Positions 1-13,264 of a DNA stretch of 64,000 nt are shown here, piece after piece. The stretch is from the NCBI GenBank assembly GCA_030265395.1, contig JARFYF010000056.1, positions 19,461,595 to 19,525,594 of the forward strand, written 5' to 3'. Within the stretch, counting starts at the first letter, position 1. Every line of letters starts with the position of its first letter. Under the pieces are notes generated by a model. That model saw only the letters and a list, made by a program, of their open reading frames with translations, made no database searches and had not been told where the DNA came from. Both the position numbers and the translations under genes were made by a program. This DNA comes from Rhina ancylostomus (taxonomy: Eukaryota).

Positions 1-2229
1 AGAAGGTAGAAGGTTCTGTTGCTACACCAAGGTTACATTAATATGTAGTTACATATAGAACATCATGAGACCACTCCTGATCGTAAAGAGCTCAGATTAC
101 ATGTAAGAGTGATCAGCATAATGCTAAGTGGATGTGTATGGAAGACCTTAAAGTTGTAACAGATTATTTTTAACACCTCATATTGCATGTGCATTTGTAA
201 TCAGAACCCAGTCACAAGGCCCCATCTAATTCTTGATTTATTCCCTTTGACATGTAACCAAGACCTTGAGTTGCCCAGTCACTGAGATTGCCTGGCTTAA
301 GCAACATGGGTTCACCACAGAACTTTCACTGAGTCACTAACACCCCTGCTTATTAACAGGTTCTGGAGAGAAAAGCTCACTTTAGGGGTTACCTCAATCC
401 AGTGTTCCCTATGAGGGACATCCCTACCTGGGAGCATGCCAGAAATCACAGGTGCACAGAATACAATTTTTCAGTCACTTATTTAATACATCCCAGTAAC
501 TTTTAAGAAGTGACTTTAATTTNNNNNNNNNNNNNNNNNNNNNNNNNNNNNNNNNNNNNNNNNNNNNNNNNNNNNNNNNNNNNNNNNNNNNNNNNNNNNN
601 NNNTAAATAAGTCGTTAAAGAAGAAAAACGTGCCTGGTTCTAGGAGAGAGTAGCTCAGTAGGATTAGTTGGATGACTCTGTCAAAGGCCCTGCACAGATA
701 GGATGGGAAGAATGGCCTCCTACCTGTGTGATTCCAATGCCCTTTCAGCCCCCACTCAGATCTGCATTTGTAAGCTCTCAATTCAATGTGAAGATTTTTT
801 TGTACTGATTTCCATATGAGATTCTTGTCAACTGATTTTTCCCAGTGAATTGGTTTAAGCTCATTTCTCCAAAGGTGGCCTTTTAAACACCACGTGTTGG
901 AGCTCGGCCCTCCCCAGCCATCGGCAGACCCACCCGTCACTCTCGGGTTAGATGGACTGTGCCAAAATCAAGAACGTTCTCTCCCATTATCAGTTCAGCT
1001 CAGTGGCAGCAACCTCACCTCTGTGTCAGAAGTTCCAAATCCCCACATTTCAAAATTGAATGCCAGATCAAGACACAGTTCAGTGGAGTACCGCACTGTC
1101 AAACCTGCTGAGAGGTCAGGCCGAGGTCGGGTTTCACCTCTCCACAGACCCACGGGGCAAATCTTCCCCGCTGCTGCAGCCGACGGCCACCTTTTGGGCA
1201 TTCAACGCCGGACTGTGCACCGGACAACAATGACCCATCGCGAGTAGTTAATGGGACGTGAATCACTTGGGCTGCCTGGAAGTTGTGAGAAGTGTTGCAG
1301 AAATATAAGGTTCTGATGAATGGTCGTTGATCAGAAGCTCGATCTCCGTTCCTTTCTGCTCTCTGACCTGTAGATCATTTCAGCATTTTCTGAGCTCTAA
1401 TTTCTTTCTCAGCGGCACTGAATCCAAACTCCCCCGTCCGTGATCATTGTCATTTCAACTTCCTAAAGCTCAGTCGCTCACCACCTGCCACTTTCATGGG
1501 TCCAATGCTCGGAAACCGCAGACCTACTTCCGAGTTCTATTTAAATTGGCTGAAAATCCCCATGAAAATAACCTTCCTGTTTCCACGTACCCCGACCGCT
1601 TCCTGAAACGTACGTTTTTGATCTGGCGTCCTCCTCCTCCACCAGATTCTTGCCCCACAGTCATGCCCGCGCCGCGCTCCGGATTCCTGGCTCTCATGAG
1701 CTGACTTCACCTGCTACTCAAACATCTTCTGTTACCCTCCACACTCGACACTTCCCTCTCAGGCCCTGCAAAATATCCAGACCGCCAAGCCCATTGACAC
1801 CAATACCCGAATCTCTCAACTTGTTCTCTCCCCACAAGGGGTGGAGATGTCATGGCCACATGAACCCCAACTGCATCCCTCCCACCACTATCCCGTTTGT
1901 TCCCAATCCTAATCCATGCACCATCTTCCTCTTTCCCAATCACCTCTCCCTTGAGCTCATTTTCCGATCACCCACTCGCCTGACTCTATTCAACACTCCC
2001 CCAGACCACGTTCCCGAATATCCCCCCCATTTACCCCCCCCCCCCCCCGACTCAGGAGATGCCGGAACACTCAGCAGGTCGGGCAGCGTNNNNNNNNNNN
2101 NNNNNNNNNNNNNNNNNNNNNNNNNNNNNNNNNNNNNNNNNNATTGACACCTCAGGTCGCAGCGCCCTTTGTGAATTCGGATTCCCGATTCGCCAGCCCT
2201 GGTCCCTCACGCAGCCCCGAGGTTCTCAC

Positions 2230-2447
2230 CTGTCCTGGGAACTGGCGTTACGGCACCGAGCCCCGCTCCGCTCCGCACTGTCGACCGGGAGACAACTTCT
2301 GTCCCCAAACTCAAGCTCCTGCGACAGGGGCTGGATTACGATGGCGAGGTCATAGCGATCAAGTTGGTTGAGGAGGTAGGCAACGAGGAGGCAGCAGAGC
2401 ACGTAGACCGCATAGGGGCCCGCCTGGCAGAAGCCTAGAGCGCCCAT
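2230..2447 (-). CDS. First coding exon of a major facilitator superfamily (spinster-like / invertebrate-type MFS) transporter; the gene continues left of this exon
   Basis: Translates as MGALGFCQAGPYAVYVLCCLLVAYLLNQLDRYDLAIVIQPLSQELEFGDRSC..., a hydrophobic TM1 followed by an LN.LDR motif typical of spinster/ACS-type MFS proteins. It ends at a canonical donor AG|GTGAGA (2230/2229) and lies in a CpG-rich region. Confidence 0.75.
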
Positions 2448-2449
2448 CT

Positions 2450-2700
2450 ACCGAGGTCGGGGCAGAGGTCCCGCAGCAGGTTCAACCAGAACTCTTCGCT
2501 CAACCCCCAAAACTGAACTAGACTCGCAGTTTCTCGCGTTTGTAGAAACATTTCCCCAAAATGACGGGAGCTCCGCGTGGAGGCAAACGGCTTGAGCGTT
2601 GGTTAATTTCACTTCCTGAATCCTTCCAGAACCACATATGGTAAAGTCAAGGTCGAAGGCGCCCGGAGACTCCATCTACTCTGCTGGGAAAAAAAAAGTC
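2450..2700 (-). promoter_or_regulatory. CpG-rich promoter / 5' region of the MFS gene
   Basis: CpG density is raised over about 2050-2680. An ETS-like CACTTCCTG lies near 2610, just upstream of the ATG at 2447. Confidence 0.45.
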
Positions 2701-2804
2701 CTGCAAGGAGTCGGTTGGGGGAATAGATCCTTGGAGAGGAAGCTGGGATAGGGAGACCAGATCCTGAAAGAGAGAGTGCGCTGGGGCAAGAGATCGCTCA
2801 GCGA

Positions 2805-3014
2805 GACACAAGAGATTCTGCAGATGCTAAATCTATCTGGAGCAACACAAAGTACTGGGGGAACCCAGCAGGTCGGCAGCATCTATGGAGGGAAATAAAC
2901 AGTCGACTTTTGGGGTCGACGTTCTTTATCAGGACTGATGAGGGGTCTCGACGCGAAACGTCGACCGTTGATTCCACTCCATTGAGGCTGCCTGACTTGG
3001 TGAGATCTCTCAGC
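2805..3014. mobile_element. Penelope-like element terminus as an inverted duplication, with a hammerhead core
   Basis: Arms at about 2853-2932 and 2935-3014 are degenerate reverse complements. The right arm contains CTGATGA-GGGGTCTCGACGC-GAAAC-GTC. The same repeat recurs at about 35.7, 36.3, 39.5, 40.9, 46.7 and 48.6 kb. Confidence 0.65.
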
Positions 3015-4320
3015 GAGGCACTCGGCTGGGAGGGAAATCAATTGGGAAAGTAAGCAGCCAGATAGTTAGAGAGGAATGACACATCCGAGGAGCGAAGGGG
3101 TTCCTGAAAAACACGAGCAGAAGGAAGACTGCCAGACTGACAGTCGGTTGGGAGACAGAAGCCCAGAGAGAAAGAGAAAGCCAAAATCCAACTGGAGAAG
3201 ATATTGTCGCAGGAACACAGCTTTTTTTTGGCGTGGGGTGGGGTGGGGATGGCACTGGTATATGTAATTCCTTTAAATTCTGGTCAATTTTAAAATGACT
3301 CCAAGGGTTCTATTCTTTGATAATGGTGGTATCATTGCACATCAGAGGTTGATGATTAAACTCTGTTTAAGTTTCTCATTGTTCAGTACTCGAGTAACAG
3401 TTACTACCTGACATTTTTAGTCTAAACCTGGACGATGCCGAGCTGAATTTGGAACAGAATTTAATAATCTACAACCATCAGCAGGTTGACAAAGAGCTGA
3501 AGATAGTCGAACCTTGTACAGTTTTCTCAGGAACTTAATATCTTTGGGGCGAGATGAACCGTCCCCAACAAATACATTCTTTGAGCTCAGTGACTCCAGC
3601 CAGCAGTTTTCCCTTCAATTCCCATTGAGTAGTTTTGGCCCCTTGAAACCAGTTGTTCAAGTTAGTTCCTTCATGTCAATGCATTCACATCACACCTGGA
3701 CATCAGCTTTTGTACACATTTGGACCGCAGTTGCAGCTTCTGGTCATGCTCTAAGTCACTCAATATGCAAAGATACCAATGATCTTACACCCTTAGACGA
3801 AAACAATGCTGAAAGCGGATGGCATGGACCCTTGGAACATACATCTCAGCAAGCACAAGTGGAATCAATGCCCATAATATAATGATTGACCCATATCCAA
3901 GTGAGCCAATGCTCACTGAACCCTTACTCTAGTGAATCAGTGCCCATGAATGCTGTATCTCATTGGGTCAGTGCCTATGGAACTGTTCAATGCAGTGTGT
4001 TAGTGGCAACTCTGCACCTATCAATACTTTCCCCCCATGCTACAGAGATAGCCCTGCACCCATTTGGACTCCCAGCAGATATAGGGGCAGCTGCACTCAC
4101 CAATCACATGCCCATGTTAAATGAGAGACCTATACCAATCCAGTGTAGCAGTGTCACAATGAGGCTTGTATATACCTAGTACTGCACCTAGTTCAAAATA
4201 TCTGTGCAGCCAGAGTTTAGATAGCAATTTGAAGGCACTATTAGAATTAAAGTCTCCATTATGCAAAGATCTGCATATTTTAGAGGTACTTGTTCCCAGT
4301 TGACATGTCACTGACACCCG

Positions 4321-4366
4321 ACTAAAACAATACAAACACAAGTTTTATGTTCAAACCTCTTGTATT
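4321..4366 (-). terminator. Possible WDR5 polyadenylation site
   Basis: Variant signal AATACA (4366-4361, minus) followed about 20 nt later by a GU-rich tract (TTGTGTTTGTATTGTTTT). This would give a 3' UTR of about 2 kb. No canonical AATAAA was seen. Confidence 0.25.
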
Positions 4367-6404
4367 AACAGGAAATCGAGGGGAAATTACACCAAAACCT
4401 CAGAGAGCTGGAAGGACTCAACTCCAGGAGAGATCATCACTACTATAACACTATTCACAGGTAATGGAAAGATTTCCACAGTGTCTACTTATTACATAGT
4501 ACTGTCATCAACTCAAACTAAAATATTAAAAGATAGTGGCTCCACAAAATCATGAGGCCCTGTACAAACCATGACCAGGAAAATCTGTCAGCGCTGGAGA
4601 TCAGAGGAAAATCTAGGGGGAAAATTTCAACCCCAATTTCCATACAACCCTTCCATCTCCCACATTACTCCCGACATCTCCCTGCTTCAAACTCCCTCAA
4701 TTATCACCAATTCAGAGGATGCTATAAATTTCAGCCATGGCTCTGCCATGTTGCTTTGTTCAAATAGCTCAGACGAGGAAGATCCAGGTCTCAATCCTGA
4801 TGTGACTTCAGCTGATTCTAAGCGGTCCTGGGGAACCTGTTTGTGAATTGAAGGCTCTGGTCAGGGGCAGGGACCCTGGCTGGTTTAAAGCATCTTTGCC
4901 AAGTTGCATTGAGACCACNNNNNNNNNNNNNNNNNNNNNNNNNNNNNNNNNNNNNNNNNNNNNNNNNNNNNNNNNNNNNNNNNNNNNNNNNNNNNNNNNN
5001 NNNNNNNNNNNNNNNNNNCTTTTTTCACATCTTTCTCCTTCTCTTCTCCCCTCTTAACCCCTTCCCCTGAACTCTTTCCTCCTCTATCTCCCACCTGATT
5101 CTACCCTACCCCCAAAACCATCCACAGACTTGGAATGCTAATCTTCTGATGCTAAAATTAATTAAAAATGTCTCTCTATTCAATCAAATGCTTGCTTAGG
5201 AGACTTGTTTTTTCCTGATTCGGGTCTGTGCAATGGAAATCGAATCACAATTATTCCCACATATTTCTGAACTGAACTTCAGAACTACTAGTGTCACATG
5301 TCCAATCCCTAATGCTCTCAACCCCATGAGACCTATCACAAGAGAGGCAGGTGAATGGAGAGAACCATAAATACACCCAAAGTTACAAGCAGCAATCAGC
5401 TACAAAATTGCTTTGAATCCTGGAGGTATGGCAAATGTGAGCAACTCATAACTTGGCTCCTTCTGGCAACCTCAGACAGAAAGCCCTGCAGACGACTATC
5501 AATACTATGTAAGGGCAGGTGGGGAATGACACCAATACATCTCTCTTGGCAGAGCTGTTTCACTCACAACCTACAGGCAGGGGGAATTAGCAACCCCAAT
5601 CAAGGCCATCATGTAGCACCAATCCCAAAACAGCTCACCCACAGGCCATGCCCAGGGTAGCTGGGAGCACTGCCTATAATGCTGTGATGGCTAAATACTG
5701 TTGGGAGTATTCTGTATGGAGAAAGCAGCAAGGGTACATTTACCAATCTAAATCTTCCCAGAAGGTATACACTATCTTATCTTGGGGGAAAGAGTTTGGC
5801 AAACCAGACTCCTGTAGCAGGACTCTCCAATGTCCCTAGGCCAGAGGCAGTGACTGATCATTATAACTAAGGGTCAAGGCCATAGCAGCACTTGAGGCAA
5901 AGGCAGGGAAATGTGGAGGGCAAGAGCAAAGGGTGATGGTGGACAATCAAATACCAAGAGACACACAAGAAGAGGAATTTAAAAGACAAAAAAAATAGGT
6001 TGACTGGCTAATTTTTAAAAACACAGCCAACCATCAACATCAAGTTTATAAAAACATTCCACTACCAACTAAACCCACTAATTAAAAGAGAACTTTCATG
6101 AGAATGGAGATGGGATAAAGTCACAAGTGATTTGGTCACAAAAAAAAATCTTTAGTCGGGGAGTTTGTGAGAGTGCGTTTCTGTGCACGCGCGGGAGTGT
6201 GTTTTAAGCATACAATAACTCGCTAAGTGTTATGAATCCACAGTAAAAATGGGATTTGTTGCAATGCTCCCACAGGGTCTGTAATCCTGTGTCACCAGTT
6301 TGAGCAGGGACTGCACAGTCTCAGGCGTCAGGAGTACGAGGAGCCTGCCCCTGTGTCAGCCAGGCAGGGACAGGGCACAGTTCTCATGGTGGTAACGGTG
6401 CTCT

Positions 6405-6524
<120 letters not shown>

Positions 6525-6770
6525 TTATGAGACAGACCCCAGACGTGGGATGGTGGGTAGGGGGGAGAGAGACTGGGGTAGAGAAGGGGGAAAAAACAAA
6601 ATCGCTTCAAGAAAAGACACAAGTGAATTTGAAGAGCCATTAGCCATAATACTGAACATATAACTGCTCAATCTCAGAAACAAGATGCTAATCTGACTCA
6701 GAGCTGTGTTCAGGGACTCCAGTTTGAGGACACAGTGTTCTGTCTAACATGAAGGACCTATCGACGTCTA

Positions 6771-7192
6771 GAACATGAGACATATCTAGAATTAGAACCA
6801 TAGAACACTACAGCACAGAAAACAGGCCATTCGGCCCTTCTAGTCTGTGCCAAAATGTTATTCTGCGAGTCCCATGGATCTGCACCTAGTCCATAACCCT
6901 CCAGACCTCTCCCGTCCATGTATCTATCCAATTTATTCTTAATACTCAAGAGTGAGCCCGCATTTACTACATCCTGTTGGCAGCCCGTNNNNNNNNNNNN
7001 NNNNNNNNNNNNNNNNNNNNNNNNNNNNNNNNNNNNNNNNNNNNNNNNNNNNNNNNNNNNNNNNNNNNNNNNNNNNNNNNNNNNNNNNCTGCCATTTTCT
7101 GGCCCATTCTTCCATTTGGTTCAGATCCCTCTGCAAGCTTTGAAAGCCTTCCTCGCTGTCCACTATGCCTCCAATCTTAGTGTCACCAGCAA
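6771..7192 (-). mobile_element. CR1-type LINE 3' fragment (interrupted by a gap)
   Basis: RT-like DSEEGFQSLQRDLNQMEEWARKWQ plus a 3' tail resembling CATAGAAC repeats. Confidence 0.8.
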
Positions 7193-7336
7193 TTTGGGAA
7201 TGATGCTTTAAACCACATTTTCACATGCAGTGCATAATGGCTTTCTCCAATTCTTATGTTTCCAGTATTTCTGAGAGTGGATAGCCCAACCCAAGTCATA
7301 GGAATTGAGCAAGACTGTAACAGGTTCCAGCTAACC

Positions 7337-7680
7337 ATGGCAGCACAATGACATAAGCTCATGGAGCTGCTGCCTCACAGCTTCAGCAACTTGTGCTCAA
7401 TCCTAACCTCCGATACTATCCACAGAGTTTGTACATTCTCCCTGTGACCAGGTGAGTTTCCTCTAGGTGCTGTTTCCTCCCACATCCCAAAGATGGGCAG
7501 GTTGGTAGGTTAATTGACCACTGTAAACTACCCAAAGTTTAGGTGAGTGGTAGAATCCAGGGGGAAATTGATGGGAATGTGGGGAGAATTAAATTGAATT
7601 AGTGCAAATGGGTAGTTGGTGGTTGGCACAGACTCAGTGGGCCAAAGGGCCTGTTTCTGTGGTGTATAACATCATGCACT
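7337..7680 (+). mobile_element. V-SINE / HE1-like tRNA-derived SINE
   Basis: GCTGCTGCCTCACAG...GAGTTTGTACATTCTCCCTGTG...TTTCCTCCCACATCCCAAAGA core and a CR1-like tail GGGCCAAAGGGCCTGTTTC. Confidence 0.75.
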
Positions 7681-8749
7681 CTGTAATTGGGAGACTCTGA
7701 GGAATCTAGTTAAAGGTGGATATAACGTACAAGAAACCTTCACAGTGTAGTGTAGCTCAAGAATAAGTCTTCATTTACATCACTGTTGTAACATCACTGG
7801 GTTGTCCCAAAGCATTCCATGTATAAAGGACTTTTAAAAAAGTAACCAGAAATTCTGTGGGAAACATGCCAGAAAAGCTTTCAACAAAACTATGGATTTT
7901 ATAGCACACTTTTAAAAATTCTGCTTTACTATTACATTGCCTGCACCTCCACCACAAAATCCTCTCTGATATTGCCCTTTCCCTCAGTCACCTTCACTAT
8001 GTGTAACCTGATCCCTTTCCTACATCTCAGAAGAATGTGCACCCTCAAAGATTCTATTCCAAGTTTTCATCTTTAAACATATTTATTCCTTAAACCAAGT
8101 GATTTATGGAGAGCCACAAGGGGCAGAAAATTGGGAGCAATAAGTTGTAAGAGGGACATCAATGGATTAAAGCAGTGAAAAAAAACTTTGGCAGACAAAG
8201 CTCAGTGTAGGGAGGGTGGGGCTTGGGAGGCAGGAGAGCATGCAGTCATTTTTAAGAAAGATAGATCAGAGAATTCTCTAAATGGTGAGACACTTGGAAC
8301 TGATGATGAGGACAACAGCAGAAAAACCCATTAAAAACAAGTAAACAAGCACAAGAAATTAAAGCAAATGGAATGTTATCTCTCACCTTATGGGACTGGA
8401 ATATAATGGAAGAAATTTACATTAGAGCTGCTATCTCTGTTGGGACTCATATAGAGCACTGCACTAAGTTCTGGATACTGCATCTCAGTGAGAATGTATT
8501 GAGTTTGGAACGATGTGAGCCCAGTTCACTTAAATGAACTGAGATTAATAAGGGTCATGTTGTGAGTATTTGGTGCATAGACCAGGCTGGTATTGCCTTG
8601 TGTGAGTGATCTCCTTGGTGTTAAGATGGAAGGATTTGATAAGGTAGAGGCCAGAACAAGGAGGAATGACATCAAACAGCTACCCAAAGGTTGCATCAAG
8701 AAGCACTCCATCAGATAAAAGGTAGTGGAAATCTGAGAATATCCCTCTC

Positions 8750-8753
<4 letters not shown>

Positions 8754-8786
<33 letters not shown>
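8754..8786 (+). repeat. (CA)n microsatellite
   Basis: Perfect AC run of about 16 units. Confidence 0.95.
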
Positions 8787-8791
<5 letters not shown>

Positions 8792-8864
8792 TAAAGATTC
8801 TGCTGCACTTCCAATTTCTTCACTGAACATGGGGAGTGTTCATATTGAGCCATTAACATGTCTA

Positions 8865-9017
<153 letters not shown>

Positions 9018-10033
9018 TTATTCATCAAAGGAAAGAAGAGTTATAGACTGAGATGGAACAAACCACACACCCCCACAAGTCTGTATGTGTTTATGTTCCA
9101 CAACAGCCATCTTCCATTCTATTTCATTCATTTTATATGGATCATCTTCCATTCCTTGCCCCCAAATCTTGCTTTCCCTTAAATGCTTTTCTTATTCATT
9201 TCAGCCATTCCGTGAGCTGGATGTCTCACATTCTCACCACTTGCCCACTAAAGAATTCTGACTTCCTCATTGATCTGTATCATCATTCTCTTCATAGAGT
9301 ACTAGAAATGAAGCCATTGCACCTCCTGGACTGACTCACCCAAACTCACACTGTTGCCTCAGGGCTGTTGTCAATCTGTACACTGTTAGGACAGTGGTCG
9401 AAGCTACAACTGCTCTCAAGGCTTTTGCCTTGCTATCCAGTGAGCATCCCACTCTACAGACACATCCTTGTTTGAAACAGATGGCATTAGACCCAAGTAC
9501 ATTGCCTGGCATGGTTCATCAGCTCGCCAACCCTGTTCACCTGGGGGCTTGCAGAAAGAACAACCAAGACACTGGCAGAAAGCCAAAAGCTTCAGGAGAG
9601 GAAAGTAAACAGGGAACTACAGCCTCACTACAAAAGCTGGGCAATGGCCCTGCAATAAAAACTGCATAACAAGGAAGGTCCATTATACTAAAATCTTGTA
9701 ATGAAAGCTGGCAGATGGGAAGCCTCACTACAGTATATAAAAAAAAATACATAAATTAAAAAAACACAAAATATGCTAGACTCATTAAGTCAGGCAATAT
9801 CTGTGGACATAAAAACAGTTAACATATTGTTCATCAACATTTTGGCTTTGTTCATCATTACAATTATATAATAAAAGCTGGATGAAAGGGAGAACTGATT
9901 ATGCTTCAATCCTGTAATAAATGCTGGGTGGAAGGCTGTTCCAATATAGTCCTACAATCAAAGCTAAATTATAGGCAACTGCAAAACACTACAGTCTTGA
10001 AATAAAAGCTATGTGATGATGGAATGTTACTTA

Positions 10034-10174
<141 letters not shown>

Positions 10175-11242
10175 TCATCTCAGCCAGAGTCACGTACACA
10201 ATCAGCAAACATCAGCTAAAGGCAACACACAAAGGCAAATTAACAATCATTTTACTGAAACAAAATGTATGCAAAATGTTCAAACAACAAATGTTTTACC
10301 AAGACAAACTCTTGCAATCTTGCTACACTGGAGCCCAAAGCACAGAGTGCATTGCAGAGTAGCAGTGGCTACTCAAATACCCTTTTGGTGCTGGCACAGA
10401 AATCAAGGACTCTACTGCCTGAGTCTTGAGGTAGGAACACGGTGGAGCAGGTAGACATTTGCAAACAATTGAAAAAGAATTGTAGGCCAGTGACTCCTCT
10501 TGTGGAGTGAATGATAAAATTATCTTTAGAATAATATAGCGTAGAGAGAGGTCTTTCTGCCCATCCTGCTTACATTCCTCTGAAGAGCTGTTCCACTAGC
10601 TGCACTCCTGCTGCTTTTTCCTCTTAATCCTACAATTGTTCTTTTCCTATATATTTCCAAATTCTCTTTCTAAAGTTACAATCAAATTTGCTTCCAGTGC
10701 TTTCTGATCATAAAAGCTTAATAAAAGAAAAATCCCTTGTTTTTGTCCTTTATTTTTTAAATTTCAATCTCAGGTGCAGACCAGGCAAGTCCCAGGTTCC
10801 ATTACCTAGCCGTGGTGTGCACTGATCAGAAAAGGGATTATGAGGTAAAAGCTGTTCATGACATATGACCTATTCATTGCTGCTAGAAAGTGCAATGCAA
10901 CTGAACACCAGACAGGACGGCACAGCTGAGATTACACCAATCCACACTGACATTCAGCAACTATGAACAAAGCACAGCTGAGACTGCAGCGAGGGTCAGA
11001 GTGTGTGGGACCCATCACCCCAGTGAGGGTCAATGTGTGTGGGACCCACCCGTCAAAGCAATCAGCACCCCTACAATCCATAACCAAGTGAAATGCCCAC
11101 AGAACCTGTATTCCATTTGTTTGTCTCCATGGGGCTAGTACCCCTGGAAACTGCACTCCAGCACCACTAGATTATAGACACCAGCGAATGTAAGTGGCAA
11201 CGTAACAGAACTAGTCAGAAATTCCAAAAGTGGAATATGTAC

Positions 11243-11276
11243 CTTTCCTTTACTGTAGTCCCAAAGCTTCAGAGTG
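11243..11276 (-). CDS. WDR5: WDR5 coding exon 10 (34 nt)
   Basis: (N)TLKLWDYSKGK; CAG acceptor; GTACAT donor. Confidence 0.96.
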
Positions 11277-12053
11277 CTGGAAAACACAAACATTTATTTT
11301 AGAAAATGAAATTCAAGTTGGGACGATGGATCCCAGTCACAAATCCCAGGTCACTGCCATTCATCCTTGAACATTTGCCCAGGTTACTGGCTGCACTGGA
11401 TCACTGAGATTTGCTTGCCCAACACAGCTCAAATCATGCCCAAAGCGCAGCCCAGAATCACCCCCTACCACCAACATAAGCCAGTTTGCTCAGATTACTG
11501 TGTCTCTACTACAGTGTCAGAGAACCACACCTGAAATATGAGAAGACCATCCATACACCTATCCTTTCATTTAGTGCTTGTTACTAAGTCCACAAGGAAA
11601 CAGGCCTGGGCACAAGGCCAACCATTACTCAGAGTCTACTTGGATCAATGGGCCCATTATATTGCGTCAAACTTCTCACTGGAGTAATCCCTGTATGTGA
11701 TCCAGCCTGGTGTTAGATCAGGAGACAGAGAGAGGCAGTAGAATGGTATGGGACACTGGAGGAGATAAGTAGAGTCATGTTAATCCCTTCCTGAGCTGTA
11801 TCTCCTGTCCCCCCAAGTGAGAAGATTTCAGAATGGAGAGGTTAGATTGAGCTGACACTCAGGAACTGGACCACATGGTGCCTCCCAACTAAAATGGGAA
11901 GAGCACCAGTGTCATGGGAGAATGGATGACTGTCCTTGCTCTAGAAACTACTCAGAACTTTCTGCCCCAATACATTAGAGCCTCAGGTTAATCTAGTTGT
12001 GATCATTGATCTAGATGTGATCATTGAACAAGTGCTTGATAGGAGTTTCCTTA

Positions 12054-12224
<171 letters not shown>

Positions 12225-13264
12225 TTAAACAGTTACATCTGCGTGCACACTGCTAAATGTTATCAACTCAATTCCCGAGCTCTGATTAATGAAGACGCTA
12301 CCTGGTGTACACCTGAGCTCTGCGGACACAGAGGATTCCAGGCTCCTCACCTTGGCTACAGCAGGGTTACTCCAAGAAGGCAATAGTTATTAGAGTAGAA
12401 TTGTAGTGTTGGAAAGGTGAGACGCCCTTCTCGGGCAAGGGCAATAAACCAATACAGAGTTAATTTGGTTTTGAAATATTACCGGCAATATTTCATTGAA
12501 CCTCAAAATAATGGAAGTGAAAGAGGAGCAAATCTGCAGGGAAACTACAGTGACATGCAACAACAAAAGAAAGGAGAAATTGGGGCTTTTTAGTTTAGAG
12601 AGAGGGAGGAACTTCTTGGATGCAATTAGAAGAACCTCCTTTTTCAGTATAATCTTGGTCCAACTAAGAAAGAGATGTTTGTGCTACAGGTTAGGTACAT
12701 TCTTAGAAGACACAAGAGTAGGGGAACCAAAGTCTCCTTAGATTACGAGGCTGACTTATATAATTAAACAACAAAATGTGGGTGCATAATTCTTGTCAGA
12801 TGAATAATNNNNNNNNNNNNNNNNNNNNNNNNNNNNNNNNNNNNNNNNNNNNNNNNNNNNNNNNNNNNNNNNNNNNNNNNNNNNNNNNNNNNNNNNNNNN
12901 NNNNNNNNAATAATTTAAGCAAGAACCAGGCTAAATACTATAAGGGAGAGAGGAAGTGAAGACTGGCAAAACAAGTCTATGAGAATGGTCTGGCAGGAAA
13001 CCAAAAGTCACTTACCAGCATATAAATATTAAGTGGTGGGGAAGTGGCAGGGTGGGATCTAACAAGGACAAAGTAGTGCAGTGCAAGGCTAGAATACCTA
13101 ATGAGTACTTTATTTTCCCTTTTCACTCCCCACCCCCATCAACTTCTTGAGCTTAGCCTGGTTCTCACTTGAAAAATTCACCTGACATGCATCATGTATC
13201 TACTTCCATCATAGTCTCCATGTCCCTCCTCAACCAAGGCAGGACACACTGGAAAGGCTGGCTG

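Noticed and set aside
503-940. 145-aa minus ORF with HWNHTG|GTAGG as a possible second MFS exon
   Set aside because: The apparent donor lies in a CR1/SINE-like tail (GAATGGCCTCCT) and the peptide has no transporter character.
11990-12030. Duplicated ATCTAG(T/A)TGTGATCATTG beside a WDR5 exon, considered as a C/D snoRNA
   Set aside because: No properly placed box C (RTGATGA) and box D pair with a terminal stem on the transcribed strand; a simple 18-nt tandem duplication.
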